Virus record (IMG/VR): IMGVR_UViG_3300042540_001399
Coordinates: 226,888 to 290,887 of that record
Direction: 5' to 3' (one strand)
DNA: 64,000 nt
In this document: positions 47,911 through 57,574 of the stretch, one piece after another
Layout of the letters: each line of letters begins with the position of its first letter
How positions within the stretch are numbered: the stretch's first letter is position 1
Program-made: the position numbers and the translations under genes
The notes under the pieces: generated by a model
Database searches by the model: none
Told to the model about the DNA's origin: nothing
The model's input: only the letters and a program-made list of their open reading frames with translations

Positions 47911-48494
47911 TTCAACGTAGTTGATAGTTTATTGTAGTAGCTTATTGGTTGATTCCAAATGGCGCATTTCATACCGTAATAATTATATACAGATTCCCAA
48001 AAAAGAAAATCCTTAGAATTTACACCTTCTTTGTGTTCAGATGGCCACTTACAACTTTCTAAACATTTGAAGTTACAAAGAACATTACCCGTGTCAATTC
48101 TACCAAAGGCTGGTTTACTTGATATCAATCTCAAATTATTGTCAAATGATAATTGTTGTCCAACTAACATACCTCTAAAATTATGTTCTATACACTCTAA
48201 ATATTTAAAATACATATTTTCATGAAAAATAGTGTCGTCATCTAAAAAACAAAAATACCCATTTTTTATATTTTGAAAAACCGCATTTCTTTTTTTATAT
48301 ATTTCACTATCTTCACAATCTACACTATAAACTTTTACATTATTACTTTTTAAAAATTCTAAATCGGGTAATGGTCTTTTTTTTGTGTGTGATATGTGCC
48401 AAATAATATCTTCATTGGCCAAAATAGAGTTATATATGTTTGTTAAGTTTTCATATCTAAATAAAGGAGTTATAATGTGTAAGTTATTTTTCAT
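47907..48494 (-). CDS. GT-A glycosyltransferase
   Basis: HIITP, YFCFLDDD motif, GRIDTG; start set at ATG 48494. Confidence 0.75.
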   Translation of the reverse strand: MKNNLHIITPLFRYENLTNIYNSILANEDIIWHISHTKKRPLPDLEFLKSNNVKVYSVDCEDSEIYKKRNAVFQNIKNGYFCFLDDDTIFHENMYFKYLECIEHNFRGMLVGQQLSFDNNLRLISSKPAFGRIDTGNVLCNFKCLESCKWPSEHKEGVNSKDFLFWESVYNYYGMKCAIWNQPISYYNKLSTTLK

Positions 48495-49122
48495 TTTTTC
48501 TAACAATTTTACATGGGTTACCATAAGCAACAACATCGTCAGGAATATCTTTAGTTACTAAAGATCCGGCACCTATTATTACGTTTTTACCTATTTTTAC
48601 GTTATCAATTATATTTGATCCCATACCTACTGTTGTTTTTTCACCAATTTCTACAAATCCAGCTATATTTACGCCAGGATTTATAGTAACAAAATTATTT
48701 ATTATTGTGTGATGACCAATAGAAGAATTTCTATTAATTGAAACAAAATCACCGATGGTTGTGTGTCCGGCAACTGAAACAGATGAGTTTATTAAACATC
48801 CAAAACCTAATGTTGATGTTTTGGATATTTGCGCTGACTTATGAATTATTTTTATAAATTTATTTTTATCAAGATTAAATAAATTGAAAACTGAAAATTT
48901 ATTTTCTGATTTGTTGACACCTAAAAAGAAATAATCTGAATCCTGAAAATTTTCCGTGAAATCGATCAAAAAATTTTCATTTTCAATTGGGTGGACTATT
49001 GGTAATTTTAGATTATTATATATTTCAATTTTTGGGAAAATTTCATTTGATTCCAAATTGTCTGTGATCATTGTAATCACAGGGTCACTTTTACCTATAA
49101 CTATTAATTTTTTTATTTCCAA
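48484..49122 (-). CDS. Sugar acetyltransferase, NeuD/PglD hexapeptide family
   Basis: IIHKSAQIS, hexapeptide repeats, SIGHH, GAGSLVTKDIP..YGNPCK. Confidence 0.9.
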   Translation of the reverse strand: MEIKKLIVIGKSDPVITMITDNLESNEIFPKIEIYNNLKLPIVHPIENENFLIDFTENFQDSDYFFLGVNKSENKFSVFNLFNLDKNKFIKIIHKSAQISKTSTLGFGCLINSSVSVAGHTTIGDFVSINRNSSIGHHTIINNFVTINPGVNIAGFVEIGEKTTVGMGSNIIDNVKIGKNVIIGAGSLVTKDIPDDVVAYGNPCKIVRKNEK

Positions 49123-49921
49123 AACCCAAGTTTTTAAATTCGATCGGGGACATGATGTCCATTCCCATATTTTCTATAATACTATGTGTTCTTTTTAATA
49201 AATCAATATTTTTTGCTTTTTGTTTGTCTTTAAGATATAAATTATCTTCTAACCCAACTCTCAGACCATCGGCATAAATTAAACCTAAAATATTTGAGTT
49301 AAGTTGGTGTTTACCTATACCACCGAAACAAACTTTGGAATTTTCTGGTAAATTATTCACTATTGACGATACCGTTGATATGTCTAGCTGAGCATTAAAG
49401 ATATTGCTAAAAATAACATTTATGTAATTTGGTCCTGTTAATATTTTTTTTCCCATAAGATATTTGGTATAATTTAACATGCCGGAATCAAAGCATTCAA
49501 TTTCTGGTACTACACCAAAATCATTCATTTTTTCAATTAGTTTCAAAATCATTTCAGGTTCGTTGACTGAAGATCCTTGAGGAAAATTCAATGATGACAT
49601 TGTTAGTGATCCCATGTCGGGCATTAATTCCAATACTTCAGATCTTTTTTCAAACTCGGGATATAATCTGCCGGTTAACGAAACACAAATTGTTAAATCA
49701 GAACAATTTTTTCTAATTCCATCAATTATCTGTCCATAAATTTCTGACTTATATGTGTTAGAAAAATTTTTAGGATCTCTAGCATGAATGTGCACCATAG
49801 TTATACCCAAGTCATATGCTTCGTGAACCTCTTCTATAATTTCATTTGGGTGTAAAGGAGCTAAAGAATTTTCTCTTGTTGTCTGTGTTCCTGTAGGCGT
49901 AAAATTTATTATTTTTTTCAT
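49091..49921 (-). CDS. Beta-keto acid cleavage enzyme (BKACE/Kce, DUF849)
   Basis: IINFTPTG, MVHIHARD, PDMGSL, PEIECFDSG, RVGLEDN. Confidence 0.88.
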   Translation of the reverse strand: MKKIINFTPTGTQTTRENSLAPLHPNEIIEEVHEAYDLGITMVHIHARDPKNFSNTYKSEIYGQIIDGIRKNCSDLTICVSLTGRLYPEFEKRSEVLELMPDMGSLTMSSLNFPQGSSVNEPEMILKLIEKMNDFGVVPEIECFDSGMLNYTKYLMGKKILTGPNYINVIFSNIFNAQLDISTVSSIVNNLPENSKVCFGGIGKHQLNSNILGLIYADGLRVGLEDNLYLKDKQKAKNIDLLKRTHSIIENMGMDIMSPIEFKNLGFGNKKINSYR

Positions 49922-50559
49922 TCTATTATTTTACAATTTTTAAAAACAGAAAATTCTGTAAGATCTCTGTAACCATTATTTTCTCCTAAATCTGAAACGT
50001 GTAGTGGATAATTTTGCATGAGGGATAATCCGTGTGATGCTTGTTGGGGAGTCATATACATATTCCATCCCAACATATCGATATCATCTTCATGATATAA
50101 TTTTTCACTCCTACCTTCATATCTTGCCTTTTTAAACCATTTAACCGCATCTAAATTGTCCGTAAGTATCATCCCACCCTTACTTATTTTTAGATGTTTT
50201 TTAATGTGAAATGATAAACACATAAAGGAACCTGATATATACATGTTTGAAGTGAATCTTTTTGCAGAATCGTAAATTGGGTATGGCTTAAGTTGATAGA
50301 TTCCTTTCCAATTGTTTGTTTCATTTCTTTTATCAAAAATGACTTCACCGCCGGCATGTATGATTGATTGGGGTACGGAAAGATAAGTTTTTGATGGAAT
50401 GGTTACTTGGTTAACTTTTAAATACTTACACACTAAAAACAATGCATTTGTACAATTGTCTACGGAAACCGCATACGGCGCACCGGTATAATCAGCAACT
50501 TCATCTTCGAAAAGTTGTACCACTTTGAATGGGTTATTTTTAGGTCTTCTGTATTCCAT
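49918..50559 (-). CDS. Short DegT/DnrJ/EryC1/StrS-family PLP aminotransferase
   Basis: FEDEVADYTGAPYAVSVDNCTNAL, IYDSA, SFHIKKHL..GGMILTD with the PLP lysine; only 213 aa. Confidence 0.8.
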   Translation of the reverse strand: MEYRRPKNNPFKVVQLFEDEVADYTGAPYAVSVDNCTNALFLVCKYLKVNQVTIPSKTYLSVPQSIIHAGGEVIFDKRNETNNWKGIYQLKPYPIYDSAKRFTSNMYISGSFMCLSFHIKKHLKISKGGMILTDNLDAVKWFKKARYEGRSEKLYHEDDIDMLGWNMYMTPQQASHGLSLMQNYPLHVSDLGENNGYRDLTEFSVFKNCKIIE

Positions 50560-50953
50560 ATTCTAAATAAAATAAATTATTATCATTACTAACAACATTG
50601 AACCCTGTTTTAATAAACAGGTTCAAACTAGCTGTATTTGTTTTTAAAATTTTTGCCTTTGCGTCTGGAAAAATTTTAACAACCTCACTGAGCATAAATT
50701 TACCAACACCAAGTTTTTTAAAACTATTGTCGACACATATTCTTATGTCATTTTCTACCACACCGATGTAACCGCAAGGTATTTCATCCTTAAGACAAAC
50801 ATAGTAACAATCACCATATTTATCCATATATAATTTCTGATCATTTTCACTTATATTAACTTTATCCAAAAAACCTTTTTGATTTGTTGGGTCATTCCTT
50901 AAAATTCTTATAAAGTTGTAGTATTTTTCTTCGTTTTTTCTTAGTTCTAACAT
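50540..50953 (-). CDS. GNAT-family N-acetyltransferase
   Basis: CVDNSFKKLGVGKFML acetyl-CoA motif A; NTASLNLFIKTGF motif B. Confidence 0.8.
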   Translation of the reverse strand: MLELRKNEEKYYNFIRILRNDPTNQKGFLDKVNISENDQKLYMDKYGDCYYVCLKDEIPCGYIGVVENDIRICVDNSFKKLGVGKFMLSEVVKIFPDAKAKILKTNTASLNLFIKTGFNVVSNDNNLFYLEYGIQKT

Positions 50954-50957
50954 ATAT

Positions 50958-51740
50958 CTATTTGGCCCAAAATTTTAAATTTAACCATTCATTACCTGTA
51001 AATATTTTTTTTGTCTTGTCAGAAATGTCAGTCATAATTTTCCCAATATTATTTTTTTCTATTTCTATTTTGTTAATGATATCATTTATATTTTTGTAAC
51101 TAACAAAATTAGGCAGACCTTCATGACCGATTCCTATGGTTTTACGACCCATATGACCTAACTCAAACATAGTTGTACAACCACCTTTTTCGTTTGTTTT
51201 TAAATAAACAAAACTTTTTTCATAGAAATTTTCTTTCAAAAAATCTATAGTTTTATATTTTGAATAAATTACATTTTCTTCACCAAAATGTTTTATGATA
51301 GGTTTAATTATTGTGTCCCAATTAAAATAATCAGGTTTGTTTCCATGTATTCCATAGTACACATATATTTTTTCACCAAGAGGTGTTGGTTTAAACATAG
51401 AATAATCTTTGAAAGGAATATATATTTGTTTGTGTTTTAAATTATGTTTTGTTAAAATGTTCGAAAAATATCCTGGGTAGGCGTAAGTAAAAGTTCTACC
51501 ATCATTTATTAATTTAGCAACCAAATTCAGGTGACTAGACACCATATCTGCACCACCCCAAATTACAATTCTATAAGATTTATGATTTACAAATTTTTTT
51601 ATATCTTCACCATTGTAAAGCCCAACAAAAACACAAGGTAAATTTTCATCATAAGAATTTTTTAAATTCCATTTTTTTCTAAAACCATCGCCAAAATATT
51701 TTTCTAAAACTGACGAAACGTGTACTTGATTAAAATCCAT
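50958..51740 (-). CDS. Probable GT-B-like glycosyltransferase
   Basis: GGCTTMFELGHMGRKTI segment resembles the GT-B donor-binding site; lies in the GT island. Confidence 0.5.
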   Translation of the reverse strand: MDFNQVHVSSVLEKYFGDGFRKKWNLKNSYDENLPCVFVGLYNGEDIKKFVNHKSYRIVIWGGADMVSSHLNLVAKLINDGRTFTYAYPGYFSNILTKHNLKHKQIYIPFKDYSMFKPTPLGEKIYVYYGIHGNKPDYFNWDTIIKPIIKHFGEENVIYSKYKTIDFLKENFYEKSFVYLKTNEKGGCTTMFELGHMGRKTIGIGHEGLPNFVSYKNINDIINKIEIEKNNIGKIMTDISDKTKKIFTGNEWLNLKFWAK

Positions 51741-51756
51741 ATATAATAATTAATGG

Positions 51757-52401
51757 TTATATATCTTTTTTCAAACCAAAACCTGCCGATGGTACAAATA
51801 TAATTGGTTCTGCGCTAAAAATATTTTTTGGTATTTGTTTATATAATCTATCAATGACTCTAAAATCACTACATTTCCAACTATCCCATGTTGCAATATT
51901 AATATATTTAGAATGAAATGTAAAACAGGAACCACCTATACCTCCTATTCTTGGTGGTCTCGACGGAGATACATCTAAAGGCAAAAATGATCCGTTTGAA
52001 TAAATCATTCTCCAAATTATCAAAGTATCTTCATCATTATTATTAATTAACTTAACAACATTTTCTAAAGAAAATGAATCCACAAATCTATCATCGTCAT
52101 CAAGGTATATGACCCAACCATCTTTAATGTATTTATGAACTTCATTGAAATAAAGGTTATGTGGTGAATACGGCCCTGTATTTGGGTTTGGATTTTTGTC
52201 ATTACTAATTAAATTTTCTTTGTTCAAAAATAAAAAAGACTTAATTCCCGAATTAATTACATAATCCATACTTTCAACATCGTCAGTACATACTATGTGG
52301 TTTATGTTTTTGTATGTTTGTTGACGAATAGAACTCAAGGTTTTTTGAAAATTGTTGGGCCTGTTTGATGTTCTTGTAATTATATTTATTAATGGTTCCA
52401 T
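51757..52401 (-). CDS. GT-A glycosyltransferase
   Basis: INIITRT, WVIYLDDDD, DFRVI. Confidence 0.8.
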   Translation of the reverse strand: MEPLINIITRTSNRPNNFQKTLSSIRQQTYKNINHIVCTDDVESMDYVINSGIKSFLFLNKENLISNDKNPNPNTGPYSPHNLYFNEVHKYIKDGWVIYLDDDDRFVDSFSLENVVKLINNNDEDTLIIWRMIYSNGSFLPLDVSPSRPPRIGGIGGSCFTFHSKYINIATWDSWKCSDFRVIDRLYKQIPKNIFSAEPIIFVPSAGFGLKKDI

Positions 52402-52404
52402 AAA

Positions 52405-53916
52405 CTATATAACTTTAATATGATTTTTTAATTTGCTTATATTTGTTTGTATAAATGGTAACAAATTTTGTAAATAATCGTACTTGTACTTTTCATTTTT
52501 TTCTTTTTCATCATTTCTTGTTTGAGATTCATAATGATACCCAACACAAGAAGAATCGGTATAATTTTTTAATCCTGACAATAAACATTTTATATTTAGT
52601 TCTACATCTTCAAGACAGGAAATATAGTTTTCATTAAAGAGTCCTAATTTGATAAATGTTGATTTTCTTATCATCATAAATCCGCCAGTGTTGCCGAATG
52701 TTTCGTTCAACCCAATTTTATAATTAAAATAATTCCTAAAATTTAAGTGACCAACGTCAATAGATTGTGTATTACTCCTGAAAACTACCGCAACACCATC
52801 ATGTTGAATAGTATTATCCCTGAAGTGTAACCTGATCCCAACAGTACCTGCGTTATTTTTTTTAGAAAAAACTTCTAACATACCACTAACTGCATCGTTT
52901 AACAATTTTATATCGTTGTTACAAAAAAGTAAAAATTCATATTTTTCACTTATGTGATTTTTTACTACATCATTATTGATTTTAGAAAAATTATAATAGT
53001 CATATTCTATTAGTGTAACGTTACCAAGAGAAAGTATATTTTTTTTTATAAAATTTTTTTCATTATCTGATGATCCTGTATCTGCAATAAAAACATCGAA
53101 AACACTATTATCACATTTTTCATATAAAGATTTTACACAATCAAACAACAGTTCAGTTTTACCTTTGGTTGGTATTATAACCGCGACTTTTTTTAGTTTT
53201 TTATTTTTTTTAAAGTTTAATTCATTAATAAAAACATTTTGGGGTTTTATATCCAAAGGCAAAACTTTTTTCCATTTATTTAAGAATTTTTCTTTGCTTT
53301 CCCAAAATTCTTGGTTTGGTTGACCTACCGATTCGTGCGTTATTTCAAACGATGATGTTACCCCGATTTTAACCCCATCAACATAATTGGGAACAGAAAA
53401 ACCATGATCATAAAAGTGAAATTTACCAAATGATTCGTCAAACTTATGTTTAATTTTATTTTTATCAAATGAAATAAATAAACCATCTATTGTGACTACA
53501 GGTATTAATTGAGGTAATTTTGGTGAATATTTACTCAAAAACTTTTTTTGACCAGGTGGAAAATGATACACTTGTCCTACCATTGTTTGATGTAGTTTTT
53601 CCCAATACACACCTGATTCGGGAAAATAACAAGAACCTGCTTTACCTATTATACCAAATTCTGGATTTTTAAAAAAATCATCTAAAAGTTTTTTTCCCCA
53701 ATTTTTTTCTAATTTTATATCATTGTGACAACAAACTACAATATCGTATTTAGATTCGGTAATACCACTATTGTAAACTTGTGACAAAGAAAATTTATTA
53801 TGGTTAATATATTCCAATATTTGAATATCTTCAACACCACAAGTGTTTTTTAAGTGATTTTTAAATTTATTGTTATATTCCACATCTTTATGTGTGGAGT
53901 AAATTACTGTGATCAT
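52405..53916 (-). CDS. Tandem two-domain GT-A glycosyltransferase
   Basis: Domain 1 VVCCHNDI..IDGLF..FHFYDHGF; domain 2 VAVIIPTK..LLFCNNDI..EDVELN. Confidence 0.82.
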   Translation of the reverse strand: MITVIYSTHKDVEYNNKFKNHLKNTCGVEDIQILEYINHNKFSLSQVYNSGITESKYDIVVCCHNDIKLEKNWGKKLLDDFFKNPEFGIIGKAGSCYFPESGVYWEKLHQTMVGQVYHFPPGQKKFLSKYSPKLPQLIPVVTIDGLFISFDKNKIKHKFDESFGKFHFYDHGFSVPNYVDGVKIGVTSSFEITHESVGQPNQEFWESKEKFLNKWKKVLPLDIKPQNVFINELNFKKNKKLKKVAVIIPTKGKTELLFDCVKSLYEKCDNSVFDVFIADTGSSDNEKNFIKKNILSLGNVTLIEYDYYNFSKINNDVVKNHISEKYEFLLFCNNDIKLLNDAVSGMLEVFSKKNNAGTVGIRLHFRDNTIQHDGVAVVFRSNTQSIDVGHLNFRNYFNYKIGLNETFGNTGGFMMIRKSTFIKLGLFNENYISCLEDVELNIKCLLSGLKNYTDSSCVGYHYESQTRNDEKEKNEKYKYDYLQNLLPFIQTNISKLKNHIKVI

Positions 53917-53922
53917 TTTATA

Positions 53923-54528
53923 TCAGATTAATCCTGTGCTACCAAACCCGTTATTTTTCCTATCTTTGTTTTCAACATCAGAAACTTTTACAATATCAAT
54001 CCACTTACCACAAACAACTGGACATAACACGGCTTGTGCCACCTTCATCCCTTTTGTAATCCTGAATTCTTCGTTATTGGTGTTAAATAAAATAACTTTG
54101 ATTTCACCTGTATACCCTTGATCAACAGTTCCTGGTGAATTAAGTACAAACAAACCTTGATTGATTGCTAATCCACTTTTAGATCTTATTTGAATTTCAT
54201 GATTTTCGGGAACGTCAATAATAATACCTGTGGATATCAAAGATCTTCCCAAAGGTGGTATTGTATATTCATCTACGGAATACAAATCAAACCCTGAATC
54301 TGTATTATATGCAAACTTAGGTAACACCGCACTTTCATGTGATAGTTTGATTTTCATTTGGACTTTCGGAATGTCGTCAGTAAATACTTTTTCCAATTCA
54401 TTAAGATCTATACCATATTCATTCATAAGATTGTTTAATTCAACATCTTCATTAATTTCATTATCACCAAAAAGTCTTTCTAAATCTTTTGTTTGTGATA
54501 GTATTTTATTCAAATCTCCTTTATTCAT
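53923..54528 (-). CDS. dut: Trimeric dUTPase with N-terminal extension
   Basis: SGFDL, RSKSGLA, GTVDQGYTGEI, VAQAV, RKNNGFGSTG. Confidence 0.95.
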   Translation of the reverse strand: MNKGDLNKILSQTKDLERLFGDNEINEDVELNNLMNEYGIDLNELEKVFTDDIPKVQMKIKLSHESAVLPKFAYNTDSGFDLYSVDEYTIPPLGRSLISTGIIIDVPENHEIQIRSKSGLAINQGLFVLNSPGTVDQGYTGEIKVILFNTNNEEFRITKGMKVAQAVLCPVVCGKWIDIVKVSDVENKDRKNNGFGSTGLI

Positions 54529-55259
54529 TATTTTAAAATTTTTAATTTCATTATTGCTTCGACTAATACATCAACATCTTTTTCACAATAATCTGATATT
54601 TCTTTTAGTTTTTGTTCTTCCCAATAAGCGTTGTGTACTTTATCACCCGTAACTTCACCATCTTTAGGTGTTGGTATGTCTAAACAAGAACACAACAAAT
54701 CTAATGATCCTATTGAACTGTAAGCCCCGTACTGCCAAATTTCTTTAGTATCAATAGCCTTAATTTCCCAAGGTTTAGTATCATATGAAGGTAAGATTTT
54801 AGATGGCATTATACCATTTATAATCATTCTTTTTGCTAACATCGGTATGTCAAAGTTTTTAAGATTGTGCCCACAAAGATAAAAATCTAACTTATGACAA
54901 CGATCTAAAAGATTTCTAACTTCTAACAAAAGTTTTTGTTCGTCGTCACCAGAAAAGGTTTGTTTTTTTGTTTCACCATTTTCTAAAACAAACGCCATAG
55001 AAACACAAACTACTTTAGCAAACTCAGGAACTAAAGCGGCTCTTTTTTTGAATACAAAATTCATTTTTTCTTCACGTTCTTTTTTTGTCTTTGGGACTTC
55101 GATGTGATCTTCGGGAAATCTTTTTTGAAACCAATCGTAGTATTTAACAAATTGATCCGCAATCTTTGGACTAAATTTTTGACAAGAATCAAAGTCTGGA
55201 CACCCACCGACAGTTTCTATATCTAAAAATAATATTTTTGTAATTGGTATATTAATCAT
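54528..55259 (-). CDS. DEDD 3'-5' exonuclease (PolB-exonuclease-like)
   Basis: FLDIET, GHNLKNFDIP, YCEKDV. Confidence 0.88.
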   Translation of the reverse strand: MINIPITKILFLDIETVGGCPDFDSCQKFSPKIADQFVKYYDWFQKRFPEDHIEVPKTKKEREEKMNFVFKKRAALVPEFAKVVCVSMAFVLENGETKKQTFSGDDEQKLLLEVRNLLDRCHKLDFYLCGHNLKNFDIPMLAKRMIINGIMPSKILPSYDTKPWEIKAIDTKEIWQYGAYSSIGSLDLLCSCLDIPTPKDGEVTGDKVHNAYWEEQKLKEISDYCEKDVDVLVEAIMKLKILK

Positions 55260-55266
55260 ATGTAAT

Positions 55267-56481
55267 TTATTTAATTAAAGATTTGTAAAATTCTGATCTT
55301 GTTTTTGTTACGTTATTTAAATCATATTTATCCTTGACTGTTTCATATAATCTTTCACCTAAGTCTATAATCATATTTGGGTTATCCACTAATTTTTTTA
55401 TGTATTTTGCCCAATCACTGTGATTCTTATGTTCATCAACCAATAAAGCATTTCCATCAACAAATTCACCTTTGTTTAATGCATGTTTTAAGTCAATTGT
55501 GTAGGGACCAACATTTGAAGCTATTATCGCTTTTTTATAAAAACCCGCCTCAATAACTTTCAATTGGGATTTCATTCTATTGAAGACGTGATTTTTTATT
55601 GGAGCTAAAGAAATGTCAAACTTAGAATAGTTTTTTGCATAAGATGTGACAGGTCTAGTCCATACTCTTACGTAGTTTTCTTTTTCCAAACCAAAAAATT
55701 CTTGATCATCAAACTTGTTCAAAAATTCTTTGTACTTAGGTGACACAATTTTATAATTGTTAGTGAAAATTTCTTCATATCTTACCCAAACTGTTTCTTC
55801 TGGTTTTATTGGTCTTTGTACTTTTTCGCCAGTTTGTTTATTAATTTCTGTTACGACACCTCTTGTATCAAAACCACAAAGATGATATTGAATTTTTTCT
55901 TGTATTGGTGATAATTTACTTACCATACCATCAAGTAGTTTAATATCGTGTAAATGTGATGATCCCCCTAACCACCCTACTCGAACTTTATCTGAAGGTA
56001 AAGTTTTTTCATTATATTGTGGATCTTGTGGATCAATTGCGTTTGGAAGTACTATTACGTTTTTATTAAACTTTTTAATTTCATTTGCAAATATTTCAGT
56101 AGTTGTTGTAACAAAAGAACACGCCTTTAAGTTTTTAAGAATTCTTTCATTTATTTTGTTTGTAACAATTAAATGATAAATAGGATGTTCTTTTGTTGGT
56201 AACCAATAATCATCTATGTCACCAATAACAACAACACCTTGTTGTTTCAAAGTGTTAATTAACTCAACAGACTTTTCATAATCTTGCCCAATACATCTAT
56301 GAAAATGTACAATTTGATATTTTTTAAAATAGTTTAAATCATTCACATTTGGTTGATAATCAATATCAACATGAAATTCATCGGGATACATGTTTTGTAA
56401 TTTAACATGCGGATCTACCGATCTATACTTACCCACACCTGACTGATCCGAAGGTAACACTAATACATTAATTTTTTCCAT
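55267..56481 (-). CDS. GT-B (GT4-like) glycosyltransferase
   Basis: VLPNAID, VGWLGGSSHLHD, FNRMKSQLKVIEAG, IIASNVGPY. Confidence 0.85.
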   Translation of the reverse strand: MEKINVLVLPSDQSGVGKYRSVDPHVKLQNMYPDEFHVDIDYQPNVNDLNYFKKYQIVHFHRCIGQDYEKSVELINTLKQQGVVVIGDIDDYWLPTKEHPIYHLIVTNKINERILKNLKACSFVTTTTEIFANEIKKFNKNVIVLPNAIDPQDPQYNEKTLPSDKVRVGWLGGSSHLHDIKLLDGMVSKLSPIQEKIQYHLCGFDTRGVVTEINKQTGEKVQRPIKPEETVWVRYEEIFTNNYKIVSPKYKEFLNKFDDQEFFGLEKENYVRVWTRPVTSYAKNYSKFDISLAPIKNHVFNRMKSQLKVIEAGFYKKAIIASNVGPYTIDLKHALNKGEFVDGNALLVDEHKNHSDWAKYIKKLVDNPNMIIDLGERLYETVKDKYDLNNVTKTRSEFYKSLIK

Positions 56482-56526
56482 AATAAAAATATACCCAAAG
56501 TATGTGGAAATATCAACTCAAAAAAT

Positions 56527-56556
56527 AAAAAACCCCAACCTAAAAAGATCGGGGTT
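56527..56556 (-). terminator. Rho-independent terminator (minus strand)
   Basis: AACCCCGATC.....GGTTGGGGTT hairpin with T tract on the minus strand. Confidence 0.6.
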
Positions 56557-56576
56557 AATTTATAAAGAATATGATT

Positions 56577-57179
56577 TTACTTGGCTATTTTTTTTACTTT
56601 TAAAAGTTTCCCTTCAAATATATGTTGACCAACTCTAAACTTAAAAATGTCATTAGTTTTTGATTCAGATTCTGTTAAAAGTCCATTTTCTCTTAAAACA
56701 TCTTGAACAGTTTCTCTAACAATATTTCTAATTGTGTTTTCGTTTAAACTTTTATTTTGTATATTACTTTCTAAAAGTTGTGTTTGCATTCTTTGTGGAC
56801 TTGTAGGATCCCCTTTTGCATTTACATTCATAAGTCTTGATGCTTTTTCCACAAGGTCATCAGATAGTACTGAACTATTCATTGGGTTAGATGGTTGTTG
56901 GATAGGATGCTCAATCATTAATTTTTTTATTTCATCGGGAAGTCTAGAATTTAAAATTTTATCTTCAGTATTTTCGTATTGTACCTGTTGTTTCCTTACA
57001 GCTTCTTCTGACAAATATTCTTGTGGAATATTATAACTTGCATTCATTGGTTGATAAGATTCTACATCTACGGTATTCGCCGAAGATTCTTTTACAGTGT
57101 TACGACCTATATCATCGTGTCTTTGCATTATTTTTTTTGATATTGCCAGTTTTTGTAATAGTGCTTGTTCTGTGTTCAT
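56577..57179 (-). CDS. Hypothetical protein
   Basis: 200-aa ORF; C-terminal IRNIVRETVQDVLRENGLLTES motif. Confidence 0.7.
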   Translation of the reverse strand: MNTEQALLQKLAISKKIMQRHDDIGRNTVKESSANTVDVESYQPMNASYNIPQEYLSEEAVRKQQVQYENTEDKILNSRLPDEIKKLMIEHPIQQPSNPMNSSVLSDDLVEKASRLMNVNAKGDPTSPQRMQTQLLESNIQNKSLNENTIRNIVRETVQDVLRENGLLTESESKTNDIFKFRVGQHIFEGKLLKVKKIAK

Positions 57180-57190
57180 AATATTTTTTT

Positions 57191-57574
57191 TTAATCAAAA
57201 ATTGCGTTAATTATAACTCTTGACATACTTTTATCACCATTTGGGTTGTAGTTTGGTCTTGGTTCGTTAAATTTTTCCATTGTTGGTTTAAGTGCTATTA
57301 TTTTATCAACTCTAAACAAACGCCAACTTGGAAGTGGTTTTTTTCCCTTATAAGATCTATGAGAAGCACCTTCCATGTCCCAAGCCCTTAAAACGGGATT
57401 ATTTGCCTTACTATAACCAAAACAAACCGGCTCTATAATTCTTAAACCTTTACCGCCTGGTTCATCACCATCGTAATAAACTATCACTCGACGTTTTTTT
57501 TTAATTGCATCGACGATAGTTGATATTGATGCTACCTCAACGATAATATCTTTAAAAGAATTGTAAAGTTTCAT
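57191..57574 (-). CDS. Stand-alone WYL-like domain protein
   Basis: VYYDG....LRIIEPVCFG....VLRAW....WRLFRVDKIIAL matches the WYL pattern. Confidence 0.7.
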   Translation of the reverse strand: MKLYNSFKDIIVEVASISTIVDAIKKKRRVIVYYDGDEPGGKGLRIIEPVCFGYSKANNPVLRAWDMEGASHRSYKGKKPLPSWRLFRVDKIIALKPTMEKFNEPRPNYNPNGDKSMSRVIINAIFD

